A stretch of 64,000 nucleotides of DNA, from NCBI GenBank assembly GCA_008632985.1, contig QPGO01000077.1:1-64000 (forward strand), in the 5' to 3' direction. Source of the stretch: Psammoneis japonica. Its lineage: Eukaryota. The first letter of the stretch is position 1; every line of letters starts with the position of its first letter. Under the pieces are notes generated by a model. The model searched no databases. It saw only the letters and a program-made list of their open reading frames with translations, and was not told where the DNA came from. Positions 61,170 to 64,000 of this stretch are shown here, in pieces. A program made the translations under genes and the position numbers.

Positions 61170-64000
61170 GTTTGCTAAGAAGGGTGACCTTGCGATGTGT
61201 GCCAAGCACACCGCAACACCACATGCTGCAAGCCATCCAAAGCAACAAGGTCGCAAGCCACCCCATCTCGCACACCTCAAAGCATTGCAACCTCTGCTCA
61301 AAATGGCTCTTCTTCAAGTGACCTGCAACCTCTTGCAACTTCTCACTGTTCTTGTTGCTTCTCTTTGGAAGTGACCTCTTTGGCAACAACCAATCTCTTT
61401 GAACTGCCCCAGCGCCGTTGCTTGTCACCGCAGGATCGTGAGGTTTGGCTTGGCTCTGGCTTTGCAATGCGCACTTTCTCTGTGTGCTGACAAGAAAGAG
61501 ACATGGGTGCAGAATCTCCTGTGCAACTGGCAAAAGGTCAGCCCTCTTTGTGTTGACCCCTGCTGCAGTCTTAAAAATTGCTGGAAGACTGTGAGAAAGA
61601 ACAAGGCTGGGCAGCCAAAGGAGGCATCCTGTGGGCTGTCTTAATGTCAACTGCAGCCAGCTTGGAAATCTTCTTCTGGGGATGACTTCTGACAGAGTTG
61701 AAAAAAATGTGCATTTGAGGTGACTTGCATCACTTGGTCAAACCAAGCAGCAGCTCAAAATGCACACATGACAGTCAACAAGGCTGTTGTGTTTTCCCTC
61801 TCAAAAGAGGACAGCACAAAATTGGCAGACTCATCTCTGGATGTGTTCCAGCCCCAGATGGGGGGCCATGTGAGACACTGACCCACAGAGCTCTGCATGT
61901 GAGCTCTGCAGCAAAAGCAACTGTCAGGTGATGAACAAATCAATGATCACCAACAGAAAGAGAGGCAATTTGCAATTGAACAAACTCACCCATGCTTGAA
62001 GTGCATCATTTGTGTGGTGTGCCCAGGTGTTTTCTTCAGACACCAAAGGGAGCACACCCAGCCTGATTTTTTGGCATTCTCAGAAACGGTCAAAACAAAC
62101 CCCTCTTTACTTTGGCTTCACAAAACTGGGCATGTGTGAAACAATTTTGTAAAAGAGCACACTTGGAAATGTGCACATGTGTTGTGGCTGCCACATGACA
62201 AAAAAAGTTCTGTGACAGTCCAGTGCTGCGAGGCAGCCCCCCACCTGCCAGAGCTCAAACGCATGTCTGGAAACTTCCTCTTGAAAGTGGTCATGTTTTG
62301 GGGGAGTCACTCAGATGTGAGCACCGTTGCAAGTGTGATCCAAACCAACTTGTCTGAACTTCACCCCCACTTGCCAACCATTGGTTGCATGCCACAAAGT
62401 TTGGCCAATGTGTCTTGCTGCTCTTGGCAGCCCTTCACATGAGAGGAGAAACTGTGGAAGACTTGTTGGCCAACCCATTCATGGGCCATTTGGCAGCATC
62501 CAATGAGGCATTTGTCAAGTGCACTCCTCACAAGCAAGAGGAGCATGAAGATGAAAATGACTTGTTGGGGATTCAGCTCATGACTCTGGCTGACAATGGA
62601 CAAAAGGCACACAAGATGCTCCTTCAGAAGAAGAAAATGTGAAATGCTCCCAGTGAGACCAAGGAGAAGATCTTGGTGCCAGAAGCTGTGGCACTTAAGA
62701 AATTTCACAGCAGCAAAAGCAAAAAGGGAGACAACTCTCAGAACAAGGACAAAAAGGACCAGAAAAAGGACAAGGACCACATGCACATGGAGAGGGAAAT
62801 GAAAAGCCAAACAAGTGGCTCTGCTGCCACACCAAGCCCAAGACAACTTGTTTGACTGAAACCTGCACCTGGATCTTCAGTGCATTTCATTGATGCAAAT
62901 GGATGCTGGTGGCAAATGCTTTGGCAAGTGATGAGCACATGAACCCAACAAATGCAAGGGTCATGAGAGTTCAAACTAGAAAAGGAAAGAGGGAAGAGGC
63001 AAGCCAGCAAGCATCTAAAGCTGGCCAAGGCTGGTGTGTCCCCAGCTCAAAAACTAAGATCTGGTGAGGAGTCTGAACAATGACCATGTGAGTGCACCCA
63101 TGATTGTTGCAAATGCTCAGCTGCTGATCATGAAAACAAAGGCAGCAGCTCCTGCCCCCCTGATGAGCTGCTGGCTTCAGCTGCACAATTCGTCATGCAA
63201 GCAACTTCACAACCTCCAGTTGTCTGTTGCTCACTCTTCTGTGAAGTGTCAGATGCATTCAGAAGCAACATGGTCATCACTTGGGCTCACTCAATTGTCA
63301 CACTCATCATCGTTGTCTCATCCTTTGTCTGCCTTTTGCATGACAGATGACTCTCCACATTGAAAGCCATGGCACATGTGGTCACAATGGCTGTTTGTCA
63401 GATGTCAGATTGTCATGACATCATGGTTGCAGAAGAGTGCAAGAGCAACAATGAGAAAAGTCTTTTGATGTCAGACAGCACACCTTGTTGGAAGATGAGT
63501 TGAGTGCTTCATTGATTGACTCACTCAGCAAGATGCTGCATGCAATCAATCCCAAAGAGGGAGAAGCCAATGATCTTCACAATGCATCAAAAAAATCACA
63601 TGAAGCCAAATGGCAATTGTGGAGCCTTGCACACACGTTGTCAGTGACCATCACCAATGAAGAAGCCACACACACACACACACGCACATGCACACACATG
63701 GAACTGCAAGATTGTGTTTGATGCAGACTCAGGATCAGCTGGAGTTGACAGCCAATGCTTGGGACACATCTCTCATGTGGCTGAAGATTTCCTCACAGGC
63801 AAAGTCAGAGATGGCAACAGAGTGACAAAGGGATTGAGAAGAACATGGATGAAAGGCATCAAGGCTGGAGCACTGCTGTGGAGGTGGAACAATGATGAGA
63901 GAAAGACACGTGTGTCAGCCCACAGTGCCATGCGAAGATGCAGAGAGAATTCAAGCTGATCAAATGAGCCAAGTGTGAAACCAATTTGAAAGAAGTGACT
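61170..64000. other. TpA-depleted repeat/TE block 7
   Basis: TA and CG both rare. Confidence 0.9.
62400..64000 (+). mobile_element. Degenerate diatom Copia (CoDi-like) retrotransposon: gag and start of pol protease region; runs off the window
   Basis: RGETVEDLLANPFMGHLAASNEAFVKC...KQEEHEDE...QLMTLADN...NAPSETKEKIL (gag, with Tyr->His/Cys); VFDADSGSAGVDSQCLGHISHVAEDF...NRVTKG...GALLWRWNND (protease region). Confidence 0.75.

Noticed and set aside
575..64000. Alternative genetic code or selenocysteine readthrough (mostly TGA stops)
   Set aside because: Intact genes use the standard code with TAA, TAG and TGA stops. TGA inside TE remnants arises at former CGA or TGG codons.

Overview
Eukaryotic nuclear DNA, most likely from a pennate diatom. 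Evidence: short GT-AG introns, an ASAFAP-type plastid presequence, and diatom-type Copia/Gypsy/Penelope remnants. The window alternates sharply between two compartments. (1) Gene islands of ordinary composition: a bacterial-like VOC gene, a Crinkler/RHS-like NTPase + restriction-endonuclease-fold gene, FHIT, a plastid protein, an FkbM methyltransferase, a PhyH dioxygenase, APC11, a membrane class III pseudo-cyclase, LTN1, RAPTOR, an ShKT-GPx-like protein and a PAP/fibrillin-like protein. (2) Repeat and transposon blocks covering roughly half the window, in which TpA is almost absent, CpG is variably reduced and TpG/CpA is very abundant. In these blocks conserved Tyr codons read Cys or His, and the two LTRs of one retroelement differ at TA versus CA/TG. 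The main candidate for a novel system is therefore a repeat-targeted TpA->TpG/CpA (A:T->G:C) hypermutation, opposite in direction to fungal RIP. Most short Cys/His-rich ORFs in the supplied track are artefacts of TAA/TAG loss. All family calls rest on motif recognition by eye, not on database searches, and all counts are approximate hand counts.
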